IMG/VR virus record: IMGVR_UViG_3300033149_003715
Span: 32,001-96,000 of that record
Length of the DNA: 64,000 nt
From: a virus
Reading direction: 5' to 3' (one strand)
Position numbers and translations under genes: made by a program. The notes under the pieces are model-generated. The model saw only the letters and a list, made by a program, of their open reading frames with translations, was not told the DNA's origin and did not search any database. Below are positions 49,241 through 57,498 of the stretch, piece by piece; positions within the stretch are counted from its first letter, which is position 1, and each line of letters begins with the position of its first letter.

Positions 49241-49940
49241 TAAAAATTATAGGGATATTATTTTGTAACTCTTTTAATAATGGTTGCATTATTTCACGCA
49301 TTTGTGGATGTGCAGCACGAGATGTTCTTAATGCTAAAATATGTCTCCATTCTCTTAAATTTGCTGTACAAACAATTTCTGTTTTTAGTGCGTGTGGTAA
49401 AACAGAACGTGCTTGTTGTGGTGACCAATTATTGTTCAATAAATTATTATATATTAAAGAAGAAGAAAATAAGGACGATAACCAGTCGTATGTATTATCA
49501 TCAATATCATTTCTAGACAAAAAACTACCATCACGATGCACATTACCGCTTAAACTTTGTTGATATTTACCCGGTAATAAATTAACCCAAGGTGGAATAA
49601 TAAATGTAATATTGTTATTGTATCTACAATACCTTGTACTTTCCACAGAATAAGAAGCTAATCTATGCCGTGTTAATTCTGCTAAAAATCCTCTATCTAC
49701 TATAAATTTTACTGATAAATTGATATGTTCAATAACAGATAAATGTCCTATTTTGATAATTTTTTCTACAAAATTTAAATAAGAATCAGTTGTTATTTTA
49801 TATTCAGATTTATAACATGTACGAGCCGCATATTCAATTAATTTCAGGGCTTGTATACCCCATTGTTTCAGATCCGAATCAGGATGTATGATTTGATAAA
49901 ATGGTTTGATTAAATATATCTCGCTTATTGTATGTCGCAT
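49227..49940 (-). CDS. thyX: FAD-dependent thymidylate synthase
   Basis: AARTCYKS, GHLSVIEH, ELTRHRLASYSVESTRY, ARSVLP and NLREWRH...LR. Confidence 0.96.
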   Translation of the reverse strand: MRHTISEIYLIKPFYQIIHPDSDLKQWGIQALKLIEYAARTCYKSEYKITTDSYLNFVEKIIKIGHLSVIEHINLSVKFIVDRGFLAELTRHRLASYSVESTRYCRYNNNITFIIPPWVNLLPGKYQQSLSGNVHRDGSFLSRNDIDDNTYDWLSSLFSSSLIYNNLLNNNWSPQQARSVLPHALKTEIVCTANLREWRHILALRTSRAAHPQMREIMQPLLKELQNNIPIIFNDIT

Positions 49941-49984
49941 ATTACTAACACCTTTTATTTATATATTATCTATATTCATGTAAT

Positions 49985-50383
49985 TTAATCAACAAAGGTA
50001 AAGTTTGTCGATGTTGGTGTTGTTAAAGCAGATAATGGCGATATAACAGGATGTGTATTTGCTGTTTTATCAGCAGTTTCCCAGCTTTTCAAAACATTCT
50101 GCACAAAGCTTTTAAGTAAAATATTTTGACTATTATGCGATAATATTCTGTTTTTAATACCATCATCTAAACAACCATTTGTTATATAATATATCAATTC
50201 TCCCAAATATTTAGCTACATCTTGATTAGCTAATATCCACTCACAATCTATATGTATTTTACCATTAAGCAATAATGTGAAACTAACATTGGCAACTGGT
50301 GTTAATTCTGGGGGTAAATTTTGTAATTCTTGTTTATCTAATTGATCTGAAGATTCTTGTTGGTTTGTATTATTTGTTGTCAT
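49985..50383 (-). CDS. Hypothetical protein
   Basis: 132-aa ORF in the operon. Confidence 0.7.
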   Translation of the reverse strand: MTTNNTNQQESSDQLDKQELQNLPPELTPVANVSFTLLLNGKIHIDCEWILANQDVAKYLGELIYYITNGCLDDGIKNRILSHNSQNILLKSFVQNVLKSWETADKTANTHPVISPLSALTTPTSTNFTFVD

Positions 50384-50392
50384 ATTTTACCC

Positions 50393-50704
50393 TTAAGCTA
50401 CTAGATGTTTTGATGCCTGTACCCAATTGTATCCATGATTTAATTTAGTTTCTAAAGGAATCATACACTTATAAACAATGTATAAATTTTCATTTATTGT
50501 TGATACTTCATACAATTCTGGGTTAACCCATGCAATATCTAGATCTACACATTGTTCAAATAATTCCGTTAACGTATGATATATACTCTTATCGGTTAAT
50601 AAAATTTCTGGTTGATTGCCGTTATCATTGCCAACAAAATACATGGAACCGTTTTGCAAATTTACACCAATGATTGTTAATTTAATTTTAACTATGTATT
50701 TCAT
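50393..50704 (-). CDS. Hypothetical protein (possibly degenerate Nudix fold)
   Basis: 103 aa; pattern loosely Nudix-like but no GX5EX7REUXEE box. Confidence 0.6.
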   Translation of the reverse strand: MKYIVKIKLTIIGVNLQNGSMYFVGNDNGNQPEILLTDKSIYHTLTELFEQCVDLDIAWVNPELYEVSTINENLYIVYKCMIPLETKLNHGYNWVQASKHLVA

Positions 50705-51272
50705 CTTGATAGTGTTTTCTAAGTTTTCTTATGGCTTTTTTGTATGTATATTCGACAGCAGACTTGGTTATACCAAATTTTGCACCAATGGCTTGAAATG
50801 TTAGGTTATCAACGTGATACATATGTACATATTGGCGTTCTCGTGTGGTTAATAGTTGGGATTGTAATAATTCCTCAATAGTTTCTTGCTTAATGATATG
50901 ATCTAATGGTGTTTTGTTCTGAATAAATGTAAAATGATAATTGTTTGGTTGAACATCTTTGCAATTAAAGTAATTATGTATAATTTTTTTAAGTACCCAA
51001 TATACTTTTTGGTACCTATAAGCAGATTTGGTTGTATTATTACAACGTTTTTCTTCCCATGTCCAATCCGCCATCATAATTGCCGTAGCTACATTACCCA
51101 CAATATCATCACTATTTAACATAATATTTCTTAAGTATGAGCAATGCTTTGTAGTAAAATAATTAATACATCGTCTTGATAAATTCAAATATATTGATAA
51201 GGGCTCAAATTCATCATTTGTTTTGGTGGGTTTAGATTTACGTGGATTTTTTATGGCAGTTAAATCAATCAT
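50688..51272 (-). CDS. Sigma-70-like factor (region 4 HTH, divergent region 2)
   Basis: LTTRERQYVHMYHVDNLTFQAIGAKFGITKSAV...KAIRKLR. Confidence 0.75.
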   Translation of the reverse strand: MIDLTAIKNPRKSKPTKTNDEFEPLSIYLNLSRRCINYFTTKHCSYLRNIMLNSDDIVGNVATAIMMADWTWEEKRCNNTTKSAYRYQKVYWVLKKIIHNYFNCKDVQPNNYHFTFIQNKTPLDHIIKQETIEELLQSQLLTTRERQYVHMYHVDNLTFQAIGAKFGITKSAVEYTYKKAIRKLRKHYQDEIHS

Positions 51273-51276
51273 ATAT

Positions 51277-51471
51277 TTATCTTTTGTGTGTTTTTGTTTT
51301 ATTTCTGATTCTTTCTATTTCAATCATTAGACCTTTTTCAATTATAGCCGACGATGTTGGTGAACATTGTAGTTTTTCAGCTTCAGATAAAGCCCAATCT
51401 GGAACTTTACCGTTTGGCCAAATACCAGTAGTTTTTAATGTTTTGATGTCATCGTATTCACTCATTATCAT
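51277..51471 (-). CDS. Hypothetical protein
   Basis: 64 aa, AGGAG SD. Confidence 0.65.
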   Translation of the reverse strand: MIMSEYDDIKTLKTTGIWPNGKVPDWALSEAEKLQCSPTSSAIIEKGLMIEIERIRNKTKTHKR

Positions 51472-51494
51472 ACTCCTAAGATTATTCTCATATT

Positions 51495-52583
51495 TTATTC
51501 AAGTATATTAATAAGTTTCTGTACTGAATTTTCCCAAGTGAATTGTTTAGCCGTTTCAATACCCTCCTGATTAGACGGTCTTTCTTTATAGACATAACGC
51601 ATATAATCTACTATTTGATCTATATGCTTATCAGTGATTTTACCCCATTGTCCTTGTCCATAAAACCATTTTGTATGAGGAAAAACATTGGATACGTTAT
51701 CATATGCATCTTCTAATTCATCAATTTCTAATAGATAAGAATTATCATCATTAACGTATTCTGAATGTCCACTATAATTTGTTGTAATAACTGGTTTACC
51801 GCATGATAAAGACTGTAAAATTGGTAATCCAAATCCTTCTGCTCGTGTTGGAAATATACAGCAGTGTGCAGTATTAATTATATGTGCTAATAATTTATCA
51901 GTTTCAACTGGTGGTACAAAAATTATTTTATTACCAAGTGGTGTAGATTTATAATATTTTTCCCATTCTTGTATCTCCTGTGGTGTTAGAAATGGATTGT
52001 GCCACATCATACCTAAGACTACATTGTCTTTTTGGGTAAATGCTTTATTAAACGCCTGAATAAGTACATCATGTCCTTTTCTTTTTTCGATTTTGGCTAT
52101 GTTTAAAAAGTAAAAATTGTCTGTATGTTGGTATACTGTTTGTGGATAAAAAATTGATCTATCTACGCCTAATGGCACAACAGATACATTACATTTTACC
52201 CGATGGTTACATAAAATATTTGCTGCCCACTCAGAAGCTACACATATATGATCCATGTAATTGATATTATATAAACTAACAGTACCTAATTTGTTTAATT
52301 CAAAAAATGGAAATCCAATATATTTACCTTTACCAATTGTTTTTTCAATTAAACCAAATTCATGCCATATAATTAAACATGGATCATTGATATTTATATC
52401 GTAGTTAGATTTAATACATTGTTTTAGTGTATCTTGATATTCCGACGGAATTAACGGTTGACCAATTGAAAAATATTTAACATTATAATATTGTTGCAAA
52501 TTTATTAATAAATTAAAACATGCGTGTCCATATCCCAACTGAATATTTGATGGACCGTGAATTATTAAATTATTTTTAGACAT
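51495..52583 (-). CDS. GT4 family glycosyltransferase (paralog of 21702..22829)
   Basis: LGYG, FE, VPLGVD, KRKG, PTRAEGFGLPILQSLSCGKPVITT and FTW. Confidence 0.9.
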   Translation of the reverse strand: MSKNNLIIHGPSNIQLGYGHACFNLLINLQQYYNVKYFSIGQPLIPSEYQDTLKQCIKSNYDININDPCLIIWHEFGLIEKTIGKGKYIGFPFFELNKLGTVSLYNINYMDHICVASEWAANILCNHRVKCNVSVVPLGVDRSIFYPQTVYQHTDNFYFLNIAKIEKRKGHDVLIQAFNKAFTQKDNVVLGMMWHNPFLTPQEIQEWEKYYKSTPLGNKIIFVPPVETDKLLAHIINTAHCCIFPTRAEGFGLPILQSLSCGKPVITTNYSGHSEYVNDDNSYLLEIDELEDAYDNVSNVFPHTKWFYGQGQWGKITDKHIDQIVDYMRYVYKERPSNQEGIETAKQFTWENSVQKLINILE

Positions 52584-52610
52584 ATACTTTAAGTTCTTTG
52601 TTTTTTATTA

Positions 52611-52895
52611 TTAATGTTCTTCTACTCTATTGTAAAATTTTACTCCAATTTTTTTGAGTGTTGGTATAATTTTTTGTACAAAACATTGTGGACATATATC
52701 TGCTTTTGTAACATCCGCATAGTATGAATCAGGATATTGTTTACCTGTTCTTATTTCAATGGTTGTTTCTTGTATGTCGTATAGTCCATCATCCCAAACA
52801 CTTTGGTGTTTTTTTTGTTTCCCACACAAATCGCATTGAATATAATCTACCTGCGTAACTTGTTGTGTTATTGTTTTTTTTGTGTACTTAATCAT
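52611..52895 (-). CDS. Hypothetical Zn-binding protein
   Basis: CDLCG...DICPQC. Confidence 0.75.
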   Translation of the reverse strand: MIKYTKKTITQQVTQVDYIQCDLCGKQKKHQSVWDDGLYDIQETTIEIRTGKQYPDSYYADVTKADICPQCFVQKIIPTLKKIGVKFYNRVEEH

Positions 52896-53166
52896 TTTTT
52901 ATCTCTTGAGATGTTATAGTTAAATCAACATATTCATTCATATATTGTAACATAGCCCTAGATAAAGTTTGTTGAAATTTCAGTCTTTTTAATTGTTGTT
53001 CGTTCATGTTTGCTAAAGATCCATATTGACGTTTTAACCGATTGTGTTTCTTACGTGCCCTGCAAACTTCTTTTTTAGGTGGTAAGTTAGCAAGAATTTT
53101 GCCCCATTGTAACATTTTTTCTATGCGATATTTTTCTTTTTGTTTAGTATTCATATATAATACCAT
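52888..53166 (-). CDS. Hypothetical basic protein (start uncertain)
   Basis: 92-aa ORF with several alternative in-frame ATGs. Confidence 0.6.
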   Translation of the reverse strand: MVLYMNTKQKEKYRIEKMLQWGKILANLPPKKEVCRARKKHNRLKRQYGSLANMNEQQLKRLKFQQTLSRAMLQYMNEYVDLTITSQEIKND

Positions 53167-53267
53167 TTTCGATAGGAGTAGAATTGTGATTTAGGAAGGA
53201 ATAAAAAAATATCATCCTCCACCCCACCCTCCAACCGCCACTTTTTATAGTGCTTAGCACGCACTGT

Positions 53268-53420
53268 TAGTAATCTCTTCCTAAATGATAGCGAGTCATT
53301 TAGTATTTAGTTCGCTAGAAATGTATAATGATATCTATGAATATTACCCGTTCTTTTTGTGAACCCAGTATATATTATCATAAATATCTTAGAATACATC
53401 TCACTAAATCGAGATTACTA
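53268..53420. ncRNA. Candidate structured ncRNA or cruciform element (long imperfect rod)
   Basis: Nested inverted repeats: 53268-77/53411-20, 53305-11/53403-09, 53321-26/53394-99, 53330-40/53378-88 and 53350-53/53361-64; side hairpin at 53281-53303. Confidence 0.4.
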
Positions 53421-53687
53421 TTTGGGTCTTCCGATAACAGCTTTAATACCATCCGCCAAAGAAATAGTACGAAAACTATCAGGTTTAAATTCGGTTGGTT
53501 CTTTTTGTCTTAATCGAAAACTCTTACTTGTTTCATCCACATTTGATGATTTAAAACCGTGATTTTTAGCCCATTTTTTAGCTTGTTGTTTAGTAAATTT
53601 ATCTTTACTAAAAATTAAAGTTTGTATAGTAGTCTTTTCTTGTGCTATATTTAAATTTGTCAATACTTCATTAATAATTTTATTCAT
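53418..53687 (-). CDS. Hypothetical small basic viral protein
   Basis: IQTLIFSKDKFTKQQAKKWAKNHGF...VDETSKSFRLRQ. Confidence 0.75.
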   Translation of the reverse strand: MNKIINEVLTNLNIAQEKTTIQTLIFSKDKFTKQQAKKWAKNHGFKSSNVDETSKSFRLRQKEPTEFKPDSFRTISLADGIKAVIGRPK

Positions 53688-53695
53688 AAGTACAA

Positions 53696-53959
53696 TTATC
53701 TCCTAAATAATCGAAACCCACGCCGAACAGAGTATGTATTTATAGTATTGTTCATGCTTTGTATAGTCGGGGTTTTTTCTTTCACATTTTGCTTATTCAA
53801 CTTTTCTTGAATTGTCGAAGTAGTAGTAGGAGTTGATGTTTCTTCTTTCATAATAATTAACGTAATTGTACTAGCTATCAACGATTTATATTCATAAGCA
53901 AATGTAGATTGTAATAAAAGAAAGAATGTTACTAACGCAAAAATTAGTTTTTTAAACAT
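53696..53959 (-). CDS. Small exported/membrane protein
   Basis: Signal peptide MFKKLIFALVTFFLLLQSTFA; basic end RRGFRLFRR; GGAG SD supports ATG 53959. Confidence 0.7.
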   Translation of the reverse strand: MFKKLIFALVTFFLLLQSTFAYEYKSLIASTITLIIMKEETSTPTTTSTIQEKLNKQNVKEKTPTIQSMNNTINTYSVRRGFRLFRR

Positions 53960-53974
53960 GATATGCTCCATAAA

Positions 53975-54904
53975 TTACAAATATGTGTTAAATCCATAGT
54001 CTGGTATATTTTGTGCCCTAAAACCTTTATAATCAGAATATGCAAAACAATCATTACCAGCAAAAACTTTATCGCAAATATCAGCCTCTTCCCACCAAGA
54101 ACATACTTTCATATTATTTGGCATATCATCAGGCCAATGTCCACCACTAACGTGATCTCCCCAGCCAGTATTTGTTTTTAATAATGCCGGCTTTGGTTCC
54201 CATCGTACACCAATATAATTCATTGCATGTGCAATTTTACTACCACCATATCCATATCCATTTTTATCCCGTCTACGTGGTACTGGATTGCGACTATGTG
54301 CATTTGTAATTGGGTATCCATTTTGAATAAATCGTGCCGCAGTTTCAAAATCTTTGATTAACGTAGTATCTTTAACAATGTGTTCTCTAGCAATGGGTTC
54401 TAAACTATCAGGTACACCAACACGTCCATATTGTTTTGCTCGTTTACCACTGTATTGTCTAAAGTCATATTTATTAAGATATGTTGTTCTATGTAATGTA
54501 CCACATTGAATAACCGATTTAGCTCCTGCGGAACCGTATGATCCATCCCTACTATAATTTGGCCTTCCAAAAATTTCCACACGCATAAAACCATATGAAG
54601 TTTCACTACAAACTTGAAACATTGCCTGTTCTGGTAGATTTTTAAGATAAATTTGTACACCCATTAACACATCTATCGCATGTGCTGTGGACCAAGAAAC
54701 ACAATCACCAATTCCTTGATAACCATAATTCCAATTTTGAAAAGCTTGAAATAAATATGGATATAATATTACATTTTTTTTCTCATCCCTAAATTTTTGT
54801 TGTGCAATTTTCTTACCATCGGGTTCATTACCCAGTTTTGCCCATAAATTTAGAAAAAGATCAGTTTCTCTAGGGTTTGGAATATATCCTGTATATTGTG
54901 TCAT
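53975..54904 (-). CDS. Papain-like (C1-type) cysteine protease
   Basis: QGIGDCVSW (oxyanion Gln and catalytic Cys), AHAM (His) and TNTGWG (Asn/Trp). Confidence 0.8.
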   Translation of the reverse strand: MTQYTGYIPNPRETDLFLNLWAKLGNEPDGKKIAQQKFRDEKKNVILYPYLFQAFQNWNYGYQGIGDCVSWSTAHAIDVLMGVQIYLKNLPEQAMFQVCSETSYGFMRVEIFGRPNYSRDGSYGSAGAKSVIQCGTLHRTTYLNKYDFRQYSGKRAKQYGRVGVPDSLEPIAREHIVKDTTLIKDFETAARFIQNGYPITNAHSRNPVPRRRDKNGYGYGGSKIAHAMNYIGVRWEPKPALLKTNTGWGDHVSGGHWPDDMPNNMKVCSWWEEADICDKVFAGNDCFAYSDYKGFRAQNIPDYGFNTYL

Positions 54905-54932
54905 ATTAATACCTTATCATATATTTTACAAC

Positions 54933-55004
54933 AGCCGGTTGTAGGATTTGAACCCACTTTCTCTGATTACAAATCAGTTGCTCTACCAATTGAGCTAAAC
55001 CGGC
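54933..55004 (-). tRNA. trnT: tRNA-Thr(UGU), no encoded CCA
   Basis: Acceptor stem GCCGGTT/AACCGGC, D-arm GCTC/GAGC, anticodon loop TTTGTAA, T-loop TTCAAAT. Confidence 0.93.
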
Positions 55005-55009
55005 ACTTC

Positions 55010-55546
55010 TTATACTTCATTACCCCAAGCATCCCAACCTTTTATTTTTTCTCTTGCAAATAATTCGATACGTGGTAAATCACCAACAAGTTTAACAATT
55101 CGTTTTCTCACCTCGTTTGGTTTCTTACTATGTTCTTCGATGGATGTATCAATAATCGAGTGAATTCCTGCATTTATTCTTTTTGGTTTTCCTTTTGTTG
55201 CTAAAAGGCACAATTCAGCATTTGCCCTAGTCCAATTACCCATTCCCCAAAACCAACTATTAGATTTTTTATTTCTTTTTACCCAAGTAAACGCTACTGT
55301 TTTATATTTGAAACCCCATTTTTCTATTAAATCCCAACACTCATTAAGTTTTGGCATTGTTACCCAAAGAAAAAGAATACAATTTTTATCAGTTATTTGA
55401 GTAACAGGCAAATTATCAAGATAATTTTTATCCAATGTTTGATATTTACACCCAGCCCCTCTATTACCTGCAAGAGCTTTATCTTTATAGCTCCACGGCG
55501 GATCGGCATAAATGATTTGATATTTCTTATTAGGAAATGGTATCAT
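55010..55546 (-). CDS. MT-A70 family N6-adenine methyltransferase
   Basis: IYADPPW, LFLWVT, FTWVK, HSKKP and RIELFAR; ATGA overlap supports ATG 55546. Confidence 0.92.
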   Translation of the reverse strand: MIPFPNKKYQIIYADPPWSYKDKALAGNRGAGCKYQTLDKNYLDNLPVTQITDKNCILFLWVTMPKLNECWDLIEKWGFKYKTVAFTWVKRNKKSNSWFWGMGNWTRANAELCLLATKGKPKRINAGIHSIIDTSIEEHSKKPNEVRKRIVKLVGDLPRIELFAREKIKGWDAWGNEV

Positions 55547-56388
55547 TTTTTGCCACTTTCCAAACAAGCCCACGCAATTGCTTTAAAAGTATCTTGAGCA
55601 TATTGCCTCGTAGTGTTAGTTAATTCTTTATCTTCTAATCCAAGAACTTCTTTTACAATATTATTTAACATTTCAGATAAACCGGGATACTTACCTTGCA
55701 TACCAGTTTGTTGAAACATTAAATTACCAGCACTAACATTAGCTTCTCTAATATGCCTTACATGTGTAATGATTTCCTTATCACGCATAATAATATTAGC
55801 GAAGTCTAAATAAAATTTAGCTAATTCAATACTATCCTTTTTAGCATCAGGACCATTTAATAATGTAGTAATAGGTATTACTTTTTGTTTATAGTATTCG
55901 TGAGGTTCTGGTACAACAATAGAATCAGGATTAGGATTTGGTAGTGGATTTGGTGTCCCATTAATAAGTACGTGTTCTGCAATATCAGCCTTATTATTTT
56001 GTACCGCAACAAAAATAAAATAATATGTTCCTGCTGTTTTGCTCGTAAAGTGTGCTAAATAATGAACAATTGGTTGTCCGTTACTATCCATTCCACCAAA
56101 CAATGGTAATTCAGTCAAATTGCTTTGGGCTTCTGTTGGATATACTCGCCAATAAAATGTGTTACCAACAGAACCAGTTGTTCTTAACCAAACTGTATCA
56201 CCAATTTCAACAGATTCAGGAGCTTCTATAATAGCTTTTGGAATATCGGATGTACTAATTGCATCAGGTTTTATAATATTTGGTGTAACCACATTTGTTT
56301 GTGGTTTGTTATCTTCTATAATTTGAGAATTAACTACGGCGTTCCATAATCCTACCACAAGTCCTAAAATTACAATAAACTTTTTCAT
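55543..56388 (-). CDS. Exported protein: signal peptide, Ig/PKD-like domain, Pro-rich linker, helical domain
   Basis: MKKFIVILGLVVGLWNA signal, APESVEIGDTVWL...AGTYYF and PNPLPNPNP; AAAGGA SD supports ATG 56388. Confidence 0.75.
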   Translation of the reverse strand: MKKFIVILGLVVGLWNAVVNSQIIEDNKPQTNVVTPNIIKPDAISTSDIPKAIIEAPESVEIGDTVWLRTTGSVGNTFYWRVYPTEAQSNLTELPLFGGMDSNGQPIVHYLAHFTSKTAGTYYFIFVAVQNNKADIAEHVLINGTPNPLPNPNPDSIVVPEPHEYYKQKVIPITTLLNGPDAKKDSIELAKFYLDFANIIMRDKEIITHVRHIREANVSAGNLMFQQTGMQGKYPGLSEMLNNIVKEVLGLEDKELTNTTRQYAQDTFKAIAWACLESGKK

Positions 56389-56406
56389 AACATATCCTTT
56401 GATCAA

Positions 56407-56754
56407 TTATGAATCAATTGTATTATACAATTCTTCAATTTCTTTTGATGTAGCTTGGGCTCCGGTTTTTAATAGAGCGTTTACTACATCTGGACCATAT
56501 TCTCGATATGCCCTGCGACCTAATACACGACGAGTTTTGGTGACTAACACACGTCTTTGTAGCCAGGTTGGTGACTTGGCCATTTGAGGTATATCTTCTG
56601 GGGTTTTATCACACCATTCAATAATTTGGGGAATGATTGTAGAAAGTAGCTCCATAATTAATAAGATAATAGTTGGATCAAATCTTGCAGAATTGTGCTT
56701 TGAATCAATATTTCCAACAACTCTTTCGGTAAAATTTCGTAGTGGATCGTTCAT
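56407..56754 (-). CDS. Hypothetical protein with hydrophobic segment (holin-like candidate)
   Basis: FDPTIILLIMELLSTIIPQII segment and a basic C-terminal part; AAAGGA SD. Confidence 0.65.
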   Translation of the reverse strand: MNDPLRNFTERVVGNIDSKHNSARFDPTIILLIMELLSTIIPQIIEWCDKTPEDIPQMAKSPTWLQRRVLVTKTRRVLGRRAYREYGPDVVNALLKTGAQATSKEIEELYNTIDS

Positions 56755-56794
56755 TTCAATTATCCTTTTCTAAATTAAGATTTATGTTACTCTT

Positions 56795-56821
56795 TATATA
56801 TATACACAAAAAATATTATTT
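56795..56821 (-). promoter_or_regulatory. Putative phage (late) promoter motif AAATAATATTT-N3-GTGTATATATA
   Basis: Matches 48079-48103. Confidence 0.5.
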
Positions 56822-56882
56822 CTTAACAAACTCATTAAAGTTCAATAACACTAATTAACCAAAAAATATACTTTTTATCCCA

Positions 56883-57047
56883 TTAAGTATAAATCTGATA
56901 TTTTTTCTTTGGCTTTTTTGGGTGTTCTTTCTTTTTTACACATTTTAGGCATAATTTATTATTTGAGATGGGAACATGGTACACTTTACATTGTGGACAC
57001 TTTACCGTATCATATATGTACACCTGCTGTGGAAAAATTGTTTGCAT
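56883..57047 (-). CDS. Small Zn-finger protein (54 aa, not in ORF track)
   Basis: MQTIFPQQVYIYDTVKCPQCKVYHVPISNNKLCLKCVKKKEHPKKPKKKYQIYT. Confidence 0.6.
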   Translation of the reverse strand: MQTIFPQQVYIYDTVKCPQCKVYHVPISNNKLCLKCVKKKEHPKKPKKKYQIYT

Positions 57048-57053
57048 TATTAG

Positions 57054-57464
57054 TTAGTTACTAATTTTCAACTTAATCGGCTCCTCGATTTGTTTTTTGG
57101 GAATCTTAATATATAAAACACCATTGTTGAGAGAAACTGATGCTTTTTTGAGCATATATGTTTCACTATCCACGTAGAAATCTGTTCTTAGTTTATCACT
57201 ACGATTTCTAGATTGGTATTTAATATTTGCAGATTTTTGTTGTACAGTAGCTTTATTACATTTTACAGTTAATGTATGATCTCTGACAGAAATATCAATT
57301 TCATCCTCGGTAAAACCAGGAACTTCTATTTCTAAAATTAATTCTGTATCAGTTGTTATAACATTTGATTTTGGTTTTGGTACTGATGTTGTTTTTGGAT
57401 AGAGATCAGAAAAAATGAACGGATAACTAAATAAATTATCAAATAATCGTGTTGTATTAGACAT
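57054..57464 (-). CDS. Small heat shock protein (Hsp20/alpha-crystallin)
   Basis: IEVPGFTEDEIDISV...ASVSLNNGVLYIKIPK; GAGGA SD. Confidence 0.92.
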   Translation of the reverse strand: MSNTTRLFDNLFSYPFIFSDLYPKTTSVPKPKSNVITTDTELILEIEVPGFTEDEIDISVRDHTLTVKCNKATVQQKSANIKYQSRNRSDKLRTDFYVDSETYMLKKASVSLNNGVLYIKIPKKQIEEPIKLKISN

Positions 57465-57498
57465 TTGTTCCTCCTATTCGTATACTTTTAAAATATTA

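Noticed and set aside
53156-53165. Full early promoter for 52888..53166
   Set aside because: Only the TGGTATTATA box is present, there is no TTGAC -35, and ATG 53154 is too close to lie in the transcript; kept only as weak support.
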